Assembly (NCBI GenBank): GCA_051251915.1
Contig: JBPOGF010000019.1
Span: 1 to 64,000, forward strand
Direction of reading: 5' to 3'
Source: Akkermansiaceae bacterium
GTDB taxonomy: Bacteria > Verrucomicrobiota > Verrucomicrobiia > Verrucomicrobiales > Akkermansiaceae
DNA: 64,000 bases
The notes beneath the pieces were generated by a model. It was not told the DNA's origin. It saw only the letters and a program-made list of their open reading frames with translations, and did not search any database. Each line of letters begins with the position of its first letter. Position 1 is the first letter of the stretch. Both the position numbers and the translations under genes were made by a program. This document shows, in pieces, positions 19,139 to 29,186 of the stretch.

Positions 19139-20031
19139 TTCGCGATTTTAGCAAGAACTGCCTTTTGGGCATGCAGACGATTTTCAGCTTGTTGGAAAAT
19201 AGTATCTGCGTGGAGTTCTAATACCGATTCGGTAATCTCCTTTTCTCTGTATGCTGGTAAGCAATGGAGAACGATGTACCCATCATTTGCATGGCTAAGT
19301 AGCTCGCTATTTACTTGGTAGGCTCCGAAGAGGGCTTCTTTTTCGGCTTGACCTTCTTGGCCCATGGATAGCCAGACATCTGTATTGATAATGTCTGCTC
19401 CTTCGCAGGCTGCGACTGGGTCATCTGTGAGTGTGACGTTTGGCGCATTGACTTTATCCATGAATTCGGCAGGTGGCTGGCAGCTTTTTGGTGCTGCAAT
19501 GACGAGTTCGAAACCTAGGTATTTAGCTGCCCAGATCCATGAGCGTGACATGTTGTTGTCACCGTCTCCGATAAATACGATTTTCTTACCTTCCCAGGTT
19601 CCGCATTTTTCTTTGACTGTGAGGAGGTCTGCTAAGATCTGGCATGGGTGTTCTTCGTCGGTGAGGGCGTTGATAGTGGGGATGTTTCCGTATTCAGCAA
19701 AGTCGACGACGTCTTGTTGAGCGAAGGTTCTGATGATGCAGCCGTGAACCATTCTGCCTAGCACACGAGCTGTGTCTTTGATGGGCTCACCTCTTCCGAG
19801 TTGGATATCGTTTGAAGATAGGAACATGATTGATCCACCTAGCTCACGGACGCCAACCTCAAAGGATACGCGTGTGCGGGTGGATGACTTGGTGAATATC
19901 ATTGCCCAAGTCTGTCCTGCTAAAGGAAGAGAACTAGGGTTGCCGCGTTCAGCTTTGATAGTCACTGCGGAGTTCACAAGTTCATTGAGAAGGTCTGCGT
20001 TGAGCTCTTCGATAGAGAGTAAGTGATTCAT
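19135..20031 (-). CDS. argF: Ornithine carbamoyltransferase
   Basis: SSTRTRVSFE, HPCQILADL, TDVWLSMGQE, HCLP, AENRLH. Confidence 0.96.
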   Translation of the reverse strand: MNHLLSIEELNADLLNELVNSAVTIKAERGNPSSLPLAGQTWAMIFTKSSTRTRVSFEVGVRELGGSIMFLSSNDIQLGRGEPIKDTARVLGRMVHGCIIRTFAQQDVVDFAEYGNIPTINALTDEEHPCQILADLLTVKEKCGTWEGKKIVFIGDGDNNMSRSWIWAAKYLGFELVIAAPKSCQPPAEFMDKVNAPNVTLTDDPVAACEGADIINTDVWLSMGQEGQAEKEALFGAYQVNSELLSHANDGYIVLHCLPAYREKEITESVLELHADTIFQQAENRLHAQKAVLAKIAN

Positions 20032-20160
20032 GTCAGGTTGTGGTTTGGTAATTAAAGGTAAAGGTCTAATAGTGAAAGCGGAGAGATAAACACGGATTGA
20101 GACTAAATGTCTAGCGTTTTCTGATTGTGTAAAATCTGGATGCAGATAGAACTACCACCG

Positions 20161-20847
20161 ATGAGATTAGACAAATACCTAGCCACGCACTCCGATGCCA
20201 CTCGCACGTTAGCCAAAATGGCGATCAAAACAGGAAGAGTGGATATCAATGGTGTGGTTACTAAGGATCAGGGTAAAAAGGTGAAGCCGGATGATGTGGT
20301 GTCTGTTAATGGGAGAGAGCTGAAGGAGTCTGGTGAAGTTTATCTGGTGATGAATAAGCAGGCGGGGATCATTTGCGCTACGCAAGATGAGGAGCAAGAT
20401 ACGGTGTTAGATTTTTTAGATGGGTACACGCATAAGGAACTGCATATTGCGGGGAGGTTGGATAAGGATACTACGGGGTTGGTGCTGATCACGAGTGATG
20501 GGCAGTGGTCGCATAGGGTGACTTCGCCAAATTACGTTTGTGAAAAGGTGTATCAGTTAGAGTCTGTCATTCCTATGCAAGATAGTTACATCGAAGAGTT
20601 TGCAGCTGGAATCATGCTGCGTGATGAAACTAAGCTTACTAAGCCGGCGAAACTGGAGATACTTACTCCCACGACGGCGAGATTGACCCTAACGGAAGGG
20701 AAATATCATCAGGTGAAGAGGATGTTCGGTGCTATGGGGAACAGGGTCACAAAACTTCACAGAGAGTCTGTGGGGAAGGTGAATTTGGGGGATCTAAAAG
20801 AAGGTGAATTCCGGGAACTTACAGAAGATGAAGTTGCGAGTTTCTAG
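20161..20847 (+). CDS. rsuA: 16S rRNA pseudouridine synthase, RsuA family
   Basis: MRLDKYL S4 domain, AGRLDKDTTGL, EGKYHQVKRMF. Confidence 0.9.
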   Translation: MRLDKYLATHSDATRTLAKMAIKTGRVDINGVVTKDQGKKVKPDDVVSVNGRELKESGEVYLVMNKQAGIICATQDEEQDTVLDFLDGYTHKELHIAGRLDKDTTGLVLITSDGQWSHRVTSPNYVCEKVYQLESVIPMQDSYIEEFAAGIMLRDETKLTKPAKLEILTPTTARLTLTEGKYHQVKRMFGAMGNRVTKLHRESVGKVNLGDLKEGEFRELTEDEVASF

Positions 20848-21617
20848 CGGGTTACGCCACGCTCGCTTTGTTCTAGGAAGCTAATTAGCTTTTGCACGTT
20901 TTCGTTGGCTGCGCAGTCGGCTTGTTTGGTTTCTTCGATGGCTTCTTTGAGGTTTTTTTCTTTCTTGAAGAAGAGGCGCTTGTAAGCTCGGCGGAGGCAG
21001 GCAATGTCATCGGCTGAGAAGCCTCTGCGCTGAAGGCCAATTTGGTTAATCGCTCTGACTACGGCTGGGTTTCCATCTGCGATGGTAAAGGGGGGGATGT
21101 CTTGGACGACTTTGGTGAAGCCTCCGATGATAGAGTGCGCGCCGACACGGCAGAACTGATGCACGCCGGATAGGCCGGAAATAATGACGTGATCTTCTAC
21201 TACTACATGCCCTGCTATGGAGCCATTATTAGAGAAGATGCAGTGGCTACCGATTACGCAGTCATGTGCGACGTGCGAGTAGCAGAGAAAGAGGTTGTCA
21301 TTACCGATTGTGGTAGGGGTATCTGGCGAGGTTGAGCGGTGAATGGTGGTGTTCTCGCGGAAGGTATTTCTATCGCCGATGATGAGGTAGGTGGGTTCCT
21401 CTTTGTATTTTAAATCCTGGGTGAGTTGGCCGATCGCCGCGAATGGGTAGAAGAGGTTGTTTTCGCCGATGGTGGTGTGTCCGTCGATCACCACGTGGGA
21501 TTTGAGTGTGGAATTAGCCCCAATGCTGACGTTTTCGCCAATGACGCAGTATGGGCCAATGTTGACGTTATCGCCGATTGTGGCTGATTCTGAAATGATT
21601 GCGGTAGGATGGATCAC
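20844..21617 (-). CDS. lpxA: UDP-N-acetylglucosamine acyltransferase
   Basis: IHPTAII, QDLKY, HVAHDC, VHQFCRVG. Confidence 0.96.
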   Translation of the reverse strand: MIHPTAIISESATIGDNVNIGPYCVIGENVSIGANSTLKSHVVIDGHTTIGENNLFYPFAAIGQLTQDLKYKEEPTYLIIGDRNTFRENTTIHRSTSPDTPTTIGNDNLFLCYSHVAHDCVIGSHCIFSNNGSIAGHVVVEDHVIISGLSGVHQFCRVGAHSIIGGFTKVVQDIPPFTIADGNPAVVRAINQIGLQRRGFSADDIACLRRAYKRLFFKKEKNLKEAIEETKQADCAANENVQKLISFLEQSERGVTR

Positions 21618-21651
21618 GTGTTTTAAAATGTTAGATGGTTGATTGAGAAAG

Positions 21652-22884
21652 TTAACTTAGCATCATTTTCGCTTTCTTGATAGCATTAATGAGCGTGATG
21701 ACTTCCTCTTCGGTGTTATATACGGCAAAGGATGCGCGGACTGTGCCTTGGATGCCGTATCTGGCCATGAGGGGTTGGCAGCAGTGATGGCCGGTGCGGA
21801 CTGCGACGCCCATCTGATCCATGAGTGTGCCCAGATCGTAGTGGTGAATGCCCTCGATGTTAAAGGAGAGAACAGCGGCTTTATCATCTGCTGTTCCGTA
21901 GAGTTTTACGCCCTCGATCTCTTTGATGGCGGTGGTGGCTAGGGACAGTAGATGGTGCTCGTGAGCAGCGATGGCTTCGAGACCGATTCCGTTCATCCAG
22001 TCGAAAGCAGTAGCGAGTGCTATCGCGCCTTCGATGTTTGGTGTGCCTGCTTCGTATTTGAATGGTAGTTCGTTGTATGTGGTTTTCTCGAAGGTGACTT
22101 GCTTGATCATTTCTCCGCCGCCTTTATAGGGCGGGAGTTCGTTGAGGATAGTTTCTTTTCCCCAAAGGACGCCGATGCCTGTGGGGGCGTAGCATTTATG
22201 GCCAGAGAAGACGTAGAAGTCGCAGCCTAGTGACTGGACATCCACTTGTATGTGAGCTGCGGACTGTGCGCCATCGATGAGGGTGAGTGCGCCGTGTTGT
22301 TTGGCTTTTGAGATGAGTTTCTCAATTGGGTTAATGGTACCTAGGGCGTTTGAGACGTGATTGATGGCAACAACTTTAGTTAGATCGGTGAGGAGATTGT
22401 CGAGATCTGTTAGGTCCCATTCGCCGGATTCAGTTATAGGAAGGACGTCTAGCTCAGCACCGGTGTGCTCGCATAGTAGTTGCCATGGCACGATGTTGGA
22501 ATGGTGCTCTAGAGCTGAAATGAGGATGCGGTCACCGGGCTTAATTTTCCCGGAAAAGGTGAGAGCTGTGGAAACTAGGTTGATGCCGTCGGTAGTGCCG
22601 GAGGTGAAGATAACTTCGTGGCTGTGTGGAGCATTGAGGTGTTTGGCGATCGTTTCACGGGCGGCTTCGTGAGCTGCTGTGGCTTCTCTGGATAGGAAAT
22701 GTGCGCCTCGGTGGATATTGGAATTGATTTCTGAGTAGTACCTGACTGAGGCATCAATTACGGCTTGTGGGTTGTGGGTGGTGGCCGCGTTATCTAGATA
22801 GGTGAGCGTTGTTCCGTTGACTTCTTGTGAGAGGATGGGGAACTGAGCTCGGATTTCTAGGATGGATTTTTTGTCGAGGGACAT
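21652..22884 (-). CDS. sufS: SufS-type cysteine desulfurase
   Basis: YLDNAAT, EHHSNIVPW, FSGHK, EAGTP, RTGHHCCQP. Confidence 0.93.
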   Translation of the reverse strand: MSLDKKSILEIRAQFPILSQEVNGTTLTYLDNAATTHNPQAVIDASVRYYSEINSNIHRGAHFLSREATAAHEAARETIAKHLNAPHSHEVIFTSGTTDGINLVSTALTFSGKIKPGDRILISALEHHSNIVPWQLLCEHTGAELDVLPITESGEWDLTDLDNLLTDLTKVVAINHVSNALGTINPIEKLISKAKQHGALTLIDGAQSAAHIQVDVQSLGCDFYVFSGHKCYAPTGIGVLWGKETILNELPPYKGGGEMIKQVTFEKTTYNELPFKYEAGTPNIEGAIALATAFDWMNGIGLEAIAAHEHHLLSLATTAIKEIEGVKLYGTADDKAAVLSFNIEGIHHYDLGTLMDQMGVAVRTGHHCCQPLMARYGIQGTVRASFAVYNTEEEVITLINAIKKAKMMLS

Positions 22885-22899
22885 GAGTGTTATAGAAAA

Positions 22900-24825
22900 T
22901 TATTCTTCACTGAATAGGTCAGTGGTGAAGAGTTTGAATGCGGCAGGCGTGATCATGAAGTAGTCAGGATCGTTGCTGCTTTTTGCGTAATAGTAAGCCA
23001 CTTTTGTGGCGGTCTCGCTAGGAAGGGCGATTTGAATAGTGTGGGTCTGTGTGGAGCTAGGCATGGCTTCATCATCAAACAGCTGGCTGGTAATGGTAGC
23101 GGTGAAAATAGGGTTCTTTAATGCTTGTTCAGCTTGGAAATCATCGGGGCCTAGTCTGCGTCTTGCTATTACTTGACTGCATGTATTGATGAAGTATTTT
23201 GCTCGGAGTGGGTTGAGCTTATTGGTGACGTCTTGGTTGGCTATTTTTGCTGAGACGGTGTCTGCGAGGTAGTCATAATCGACAGTGACTTTTTCTTGAC
23301 CGCGTTGCTGGACAGAAAACTGGATGATGTCGTTCTTGATGAGGTCCCAGACGATATTGCTTTTCCAGTCCCATTCGTTTTTAGCGATACGCAAGAATGT
23401 GGCTGGGTCCACTTCCCAGACGGTATTACTACCTTGGAGGTGGGCGTAGATGATTCCTTCTTTACGTGAAAATATGAGTCGCTGGCTGAGACCTGCTAAT
23501 GGGCGGATATCTAGGGTGAGGACTGGATTTTGAAAATCATAGAGGCTGAGATCTGTGGCAGCATCTGAGACGAAAGCTTTCACTGGTTCTTTAGAAACTA
23601 CAGCGATGAGGTTAGCGATGGCTACTTCGTTAGGCGCGGCTCTTTTGCCATCGACTGTGAGGAGTTCGTAGTTAGAACCGGCGGCTGGGCGGGCGACAAT
23701 GATGGGTGGAACGTAGGGTTGTCTGAGTATGAAGCCGCGGATGTTTTCTCTTGCGAGTGTGAGCATGTTGCGGGCGCGAAGGGCGTTTACGCTTGTGGGC
23801 AGTGAGGCGATGGAGCTTTTGTAGCCTTCAGTGGCTTGGGTAGGTAGCTCGAAGATGACGTCTCTGTCACTGATGGTGGCGAAGGCTGTCTTAGCGTTCT
23901 CCTTTGTTGGTGGGTAAACGGTGAGTGTGATGGGCTCGCTGACTCCGAAGTTCTTGATGATGATTTGGGTTTTTCCTTTGGTTTCTTGAGGCAGAGTGAT
24001 GGAGTCCTTTTGATGGAGTTTGACTGCTGTTAAGTTTGAAATATCTACTAGGAGCTTGGAGAGAGATTTAGAATCAACGGCTAAGTCGAGAGGTTTAGAT
24101 ATTCTCCAGGGTGACTCTGAAGTGGAGTGATCTAGTACTATCTCACGGCTGGACTGCTTAATGCGTATCTCTTCCATGTATTTTCGATTGAGTGCAAATG
24201 GACGGTGATCACGGAAGCCTTCAAAGTTGTCTTTGAAGAGGGAGCGGATGATGAATGTAGGGTCTGCCGCGAGGTATAAAACGTCATCGTCCTCAGCATT
24301 TTCTTTGATAATGTAGACAGTGGGGAAATCAGTGGTGACTGGCTGGCCGCTGTCATCAGTAGTGATGATGCGATGTTTCCAAGATGAATCCATGCCAATT
24401 TTATAGCTAGCGGCGATCTTGCCGTGGATGTCTTTGACGGTCACTTTGGTCCAGTTATCTGAGAATCCGTAGTCTTCGAGATTGATCTGGCTCATTGGGA
24501 TGGCTTCGACTACTTGTGTGCTCATGGTGAAGTTGAGCAGGGGATTCAAGTAGAGGACACCAGCGGCGCGGTCTTGGTAGGGAGAAATACAGTCCCAGAG
24601 AGAGTTGCGGTTTAGCTGGAAGGTGTGCTCGACTCCTGATTTATTGGAAAGGATAATGGTGTGTCTGTCGAGCAATCTAGGGTTGTCAAAGAGTCGGTCA
24701 CCTGCGGGGATGGCGCCGCTGGCATCAAAGGCTGAAGTCTCCTGTTGTTTCTGGATATCCAGATACAACCAGAAGCTCAGAGCTGCGGTGCAGAGGGCTA
24801 GGATGATGGTGGTGAATAGTCGCAC
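22900..24825 (-). CDS. DUF4340-like membrane-anchored protein (Gld ABC-associated)
   Basis: N-terminal anchor, repeated W-x-I-x-x-P and LxxYG(F) units; follows a GldG-like gene. Confidence 0.7.
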   Translation of the reverse strand: MRLFTTIILALCTAALSFWLYLDIQKQQETSAFDASGAIPAGDRLFDNPRLLDRHTIILSNKSGVEHTFQLNRNSLWDCISPYQDRAAGVLYLNPLLNFTMSTQVVEAIPMSQINLEDYGFSDNWTKVTVKDIHGKIAASYKIGMDSSWKHRIITTDDSGQPVTTDFPTVYIIKENAEDDDVLYLAADPTFIIRSLFKDNFEGFRDHRPFALNRKYMEEIRIKQSSREIVLDHSTSESPWRISKPLDLAVDSKSLSKLLVDISNLTAVKLHQKDSITLPQETKGKTQIIIKNFGVSEPITLTVYPPTKENAKTAFATISDRDVIFELPTQATEGYKSSIASLPTSVNALRARNMLTLARENIRGFILRQPYVPPIIVARPAAGSNYELLTVDGKRAAPNEVAIANLIAVVSKEPVKAFVSDAATDLSLYDFQNPVLTLDIRPLAGLSQRLIFSRKEGIIYAHLQGSNTVWEVDPATFLRIAKNEWDWKSNIVWDLIKNDIIQFSVQQRGQEKVTVDYDYLADTVSAKIANQDVTNKLNPLRAKYFINTCSQVIARRRLGPDDFQAEQALKNPIFTATITSQLFDDEAMPSSTQTHTIQIALPSETATKVAYYYAKSSNDPDYFMITPAAFKLFTTDLFSEE

Positions 24826-24848
24826 TGAGTGATGTGAATGTACTAAAT

Positions 24849-26528
24849 TTATGAACGTCGATTAAACCATACGAAGAATGCTGTGATAGCAGCGAGGCTA
24901 GGTAGGATGCCGAGGATGGTGAAGTTGATCTGTGATTTCTGGTTTTCAGGAATCGTGATTTTTTGATTCTGCACTGGCTTTTGGCCGATGCTACCAACGA
25001 GTTCTTCTCTGCCTGCGAGCCAGTTAATAGAGGAGACCATGAAGTGTGTGAGTTCGTCTCGCATGTTGTTGGGTCTGAGGAACTGGGTGTTTCCCATGAC
25101 GATCATCCTAGAGGTTAAGTGCTTGGTGCGATCTAGGTTAAGTTTGCCTCGAACTACTGCTGCGGAGAGTGATACGGGCTTGGCTACTGGGCTTTCAGGA
25201 GCTGAGCCATTATCGATGCCAGGGTCGAACTGAGCTTTGTCCTTTTGATAGCTAGCTTCTCCCCACCATCCTGGTGCTGAGTTGAGGATGGAGTAGACGT
25301 TGATGTTTTTAGTTGCGAGTTGATCTACATTTACTAGTGAAAGTGAGCGGGTCATTCCGTCTAGCTGGGTGGCTTGATCGCCGAAGCCTTTGGTGATTTC
25401 ATTCCCTCTTACAAAGATGCCACGGGCGGTGGTGAACTTGCGACCATTGTTCATGCTTGTGACACGGTCATTCTCGACCATGATGCCATAACTGGCTAGG
25501 AATCTGCGTATTTTTACTAGCTTAGCTTCTGGTTTGATGGTGATGAACATTGAGGCGCTATTTCTGCCCCAGTATTCATTGAGAATTTGGATTTCGTTGT
25601 CATCGAAGTCGACGTCGAGCCCAATAATGGCTACGCCTTCAGCGTCTGAAGGAATGGGTTTGTTGGAGGAGATCTGATAGGGTTCTAGTTCGATGTTTTG
25701 GCTGTTTAGTAGGCTATTAAAGGTTCTCCAGGCTGGAGATCCTTCACCTAGGTCATCGACCTCGCTTTTGTCTACGATGAAGTAAAATTTGCGTGCTTTG
25801 CCTTCTACTGCGCTGAGCAGGTAGGTGGTGATGATTTTTTCATCCTGCCATGCTGTGATGCGGGATCCGTCTTCAGAAGTTCGGAAGAGTTCATGGATAG
25901 GGAATTGTCTGATGCGCTTGAGAGATACAGGTAAGGTTTCCGTTTCATTAGGATTAGATGTTAGCGAGGTGGTATTTGGCGTATCTAGTTTGGTCTTTTC
26001 AGCATCGGTGCGGGCATCGATCATTACGCTGTCTTCGTGGAATGACTTGCTGTATATGGCTGAGATCTCGTTGAGGCGGTTGGCGTCTTTGACGCGATCG
26101 ATGAATTCGACATCAATCTCCGTGGTTGAGTTTCGGCTATATTCTTCAAACAGGCTTCGTAACCTCTGGCTGTATATCAGGTTCTGTTTGGAGATTACGA
26201 AGATTTTAATTGGGTCGCTATGGTTTTTGAGTTGCTCGCCTTGGAGGAATTTCAATGAATAATCTGAGAGGGTGTATTGCGCACCTGCTGTGAGATCTTC
26301 TCTGACGTGTTTGTCTGAAGTGAGGTAGTTTAATAGGCAGACGCAGATGAATGCTAATAGGACCTGGATCAAGATCATTGCGCCTATGTTAAAGCGGTTG
26401 ATCTTAACGATAGGGATGAATTTTTTCTTTGATGCTGGGGGTAAGTTTTTAGGCTTAGAGAGGTCTTCGGTAGGGGCGAGGACTTCGTTGTCAGGATCTG
26501 GGATGATGTCTGGTTTCTGAGACGGCAT
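24849..26528 (-). CDS. GldG-family ABC transporter auxiliary protein
   Basis: LNYL...DLT...YTLS, SRMIVMGN, SINWL, C-terminal TM ending WFNRRS. Confidence 0.85.
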   Translation of the reverse strand: MPSQKPDIIPDPDNEVLAPTEDLSKPKNLPPASKKKFIPIVKINRFNIGAMILIQVLLAFICVCLLNYLTSDKHVREDLTAGAQYTLSDYSLKFLQGEQLKNHSDPIKIFVISKQNLIYSQRLRSLFEEYSRNSTTEIDVEFIDRVKDANRLNEISAIYSKSFHEDSVMIDARTDAEKTKLDTPNTTSLTSNPNETETLPVSLKRIRQFPIHELFRTSEDGSRITAWQDEKIITTYLLSAVEGKARKFYFIVDKSEVDDLGEGSPAWRTFNSLLNSQNIELEPYQISSNKPIPSDAEGVAIIGLDVDFDDNEIQILNEYWGRNSASMFITIKPEAKLVKIRRFLASYGIMVENDRVTSMNNGRKFTTARGIFVRGNEITKGFGDQATQLDGMTRSLSLVNVDQLATKNINVYSILNSAPGWWGEASYQKDKAQFDPGIDNGSAPESPVAKPVSLSAAVVRGKLNLDRTKHLTSRMIVMGNTQFLRPNNMRDELTHFMVSSINWLAGREELVGSIGQKPVQNQKITIPENQKSQINFTILGILPSLAAITAFFVWFNRRS

Positions 26529-26540
26529 GAGGATAGAAAA

Positions 26541-27302
26541 TTAGTTTTTCCAACGTCGGTAATCTACGACGTGGTGCGTGAGCAAAAGGGTGAACAATGT
26601 CATGGAGAGGTAGTAAACAAAAGGGCGAGAGTCGATTAGCCCTTGTCCGAAAGTGTTGATGTGTTCTCCCATGTTGATGTAGTGGAAGAAATAAGCAGCA
26701 CCGGCTCCGCTAAAACTTTCACCCATGATGATAGGGACGAATCCTAGAAACATGTGGAAGGCGAGTAGGCCGAATGTGACGACGGCTGCAATGATTTGGC
26801 TAGAAGTGAGTGATGACGCTAGGCAGCCGACAGCTACGAAGAATGAACCGATGAGGAAGAGGATGAGGAAGACGCCGGTCATCTGTCCAGCGTTAAGCGG
26901 AGCTGGGGTGCTGGAGAGGAAGCTGAATACCTTGATATGGATGAAGAGTGGGAGCCACAGGCAACAATAGAAAACGAATGCTGCGAAGTATTTTGAAAGC
27001 ACGACTTGCCAAGTGCGGATGGGTGCAGTCATTAAGGTTTCTAGTGTTCCGCTGCGTTCTTCCTCAGAGAAAAGCTTCATGGTGATGAGCGGGAAAAGAA
27101 AAAGGAAATAAATGGTGAAAATGGGAGTCTGTAGACTGTCCAGTAGCATGTTATTTACGACAGGGCGCTTGGCATACTGCTCCAGCACTGAGGAGAGGCA
27201 TAAGCCTTGGAGCAACATGATGATAGCAAAAACGACCCAGCCAAATGGTGAGCAGAAGTATTGCTTGAGTTCTTTCTTAAATAATATGTGTAAAATGCGC
27301 AT
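26541..27302 (-). CDS. GldF-like ABC-2 permease
   Basis: KKELKQYF, PLITMKLFSEEERSGTLETLMTAP, SSLTSSQIIAA, GLIDSRPFVYY. Confidence 0.9.
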   Translation of the reverse strand: MRILHILFKKELKQYFCSPFGWVVFAIIMLLQGLCLSSVLEQYAKRPVVNNMLLDSLQTPIFTIYFLFLFPLITMKLFSEEERSGTLETLMTAPIRTWQVVLSKYFAAFVFYCCLWLPLFIHIKVFSFLSSTPAPLNAGQMTGVFLILFLIGSFFVAVGCLASSLTSSQIIAAVVTFGLLAFHMFLGFVPIIMGESFSGAGAAYFFHYINMGEHINTFGQGLIDSRPFVYYLSMTLFTLLLTHHVVDYRRWKN

Positions 27303-27438
27303 GGTGAAGTCTGCTATGCACGTGGTAGGTGACTAATGCATACATTCCAAGTGCAAAGAATACAAAGAGCCAGAAATCCGTAAATAATTTACAATTCCTG
27401 GCTCTTTAAATGAGTGGTTTAGAGTATTTTCTGACAAA

Positions 27439-28341
27439 TTAGCCAGTCACGTAAGCCTCGCGCACCTTCTCAAGTAGTGCTTTGGTCTTACGGATGCCTT
27501 CTTGCTCGCTGATTTCTTTGCCTTCATACTCGATTCCTACGTGTCCACGATATCCTGCATCGAGGCAGATTTTCATCGCTTTGTAGAAGTCAGTTTGAAC
27601 TTCGTTGCCTTTATCATCGAAAACGCGGCTCTTAGCACTGACTCCTTTAGCAAATGGCATGAGGTCGGTGATGCCTTGGTAACGGTCATACTCGTGGAAG
27701 TTTCCGAAATCTGGGAGCGATCCACAGTTTGGCATGTTTACAGTGCTGAGGACTTGTTTGACCCAAGCTCCGTCAGATGAGAGGCCACCGTGGTTTTCTA
27801 CGATGACATTGATGTCAAAATCTTTGGCGAATTCTGAGAGTTTGGTGAGTCCAGCGATGACGTTTTTCGCTTTGTCGTCACGGTTTTTACCTCCGCCGTG
27901 AGCATTAACGCGGACGGAGTGGCAACCGAGGAATTTTGCAGCTTCGACCCATTTCTTATGCTTGTCCACTGTCTCCTGACGTTTTTTAGCATCGGCTGCA
28001 CCAATGGAGCCTTCGCCATCGATCATGATGAGTACGTTTTTAATGCCTTCGTCTCCTGTGCGTTTTTTGAGTTCGGTGAGGTAGGTTTTGTCCTTGGCCT
28101 TGTCTTTGAAGAATCCGTTCACGTATTCGACTGCTGTGATGCCGAACTCGTCTTTGGCATATTTAGGGAAGTCCATGTTAGTGAGCTCTTTTTTCCAAAT
28201 AGCGTTGTGTAACGACCACTCAGCGAGAGAAATCTCGAATAATGGAGCGGCGTTGTCTTTGAAAGCAAAAGCTGGGAATGTTCCAGCAGCTAGGGTTCCT
28301 AGTGTCCCGATGGATGTTTGAATAAAGTTTCTTCTGTTCAT
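27439..28341 (-). CDS. Tat-exported sugar phosphate isomerase/epimerase-family (TIM barrel) protein
   Basis: MNRRNF Tat motif; ENHGG, LPDFGNF, GIEYEG. Confidence 0.88.
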   Translation of the reverse strand: MNRRNFIQTSIGTLGTLAAGTFPAFAFKDNAAPLFEISLAEWSLHNAIWKKELTNMDFPKYAKDEFGITAVEYVNGFFKDKAKDKTYLTELKKRTGDEGIKNVLIMIDGEGSIGAADAKKRQETVDKHKKWVEAAKFLGCHSVRVNAHGGGKNRDDKAKNVIAGLTKLSEFAKDFDINVIVENHGGLSSDGAWVKQVLSTVNMPNCGSLPDFGNFHEYDRYQGITDLMPFAKGVSAKSRVFDDKGNEVQTDFYKAMKICLDAGYRGHVGIEYEGKEISEQEGIRKTKALLEKVREAYVTG

Positions 28342-28438
28342 AATGAAGGTAAGCTAGGCCATCGTTTTAGTCACGACAAATGAAATCTTCACAATATGCA
28401 GAAAAATAAGAATTTCTTATGATGGAGGTAAGTGGAAT

Positions 28439-28475
28439 AAAAAAGCTCTCAGGCGGATGAAGGCTTGAGAGCTTT
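28439..28475 (-). terminator. Intrinsic terminator downstream of the HMA gene
   Basis: aaagctctcag...ttgagagcttt inverted repeat with an A-run on the + strand. Confidence 0.6.
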
Positions 28476-28528
28476 GAAAAATTTGAAAACGAAACTCGCT
28501 AATGGATTAGATTAGCGAGTCTGAGAGC

Positions 28529-29110
28529 TTAGCTCTTAGCTGGAGCAGGGGCTTCTTCTTTAGATGCTTTGAATCCAGCAGCGTTGATGGTTTCGATGAC
28601 TTTAGCTTCTGATGTTTTAGCTGGGTCGATAGTTACTGTAGCGTGACCAGACTCGTGACAAACGCTACCTACTGTGCAGCCTTCAAGTGAAGTGAGTGCC
28701 GCAGAGACTTTCTTAGAGCAAGATCCGCATGACATTCCAGAAACAGGGATGTCTAGTTTTTCTCCAGCTACTGTGAATCCTGTAGATACGAGTGCTGATT
28801 GAACTTTTGATTTGTCTGTCTTAGCTGGGTCATACTTGACAACGACGTTGCCTGACTTGTGGCATACTGACTGAACAGTGACGCCTTCAACGGCTGCGAG
28901 CGTTGTTTTGACTTTGCCCGCGCATGACTCGCATGTCATTCCTGTGACAACGTATTTTGCAGTAGTGCCAGCAGTATCGCATGTGCCTTCACAGCATTCG
29001 CCTGTTTTAGCTACAGTTTTTGTGTCGCAGCTTGTGCAGCTTTCTCCGGCTGATGCGAATGATGAGAGACCGAGAAGTGATAGTGATGTCAGAGTATAGA
29101 TTATTTTCAT
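28529..29110 (-). CDS. Exported tandem heavy-metal-associated (HMA) domain protein
   Basis: Signal peptide; GMTCESC and GMSCGSC; Cys-rich N-terminus. Confidence 0.88.
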   Translation of the reverse strand: MKIIYTLTSLSLLGLSSFASAGESCTSCDTKTVAKTGECCEGTCDTAGTTAKYVVTGMTCESCAGKVKTTLAAVEGVTVQSVCHKSGNVVVKYDPAKTDKSKVQSALVSTGFTVAGEKLDIPVSGMSCGSCSKKVSAALTSLEGCTVGSVCHESGHATVTIDPAKTSEAKVIETINAAGFKASKEEAPAPAKS

Positions 29111-29186
29111 ATGTAGTTGTTAATTAATTATTGATTATTTGCGTAACAGAGTGAGTTACTCAGATAGGAGTCTTAGAGTCGATTAA

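Noticed and set aside
24849..27302. Gliding motility inferred from Gld-like genes
   Set aside because: GldF/GldG-type ABC components are widespread in non-gliders, and no motor or T9SS genes are present here.
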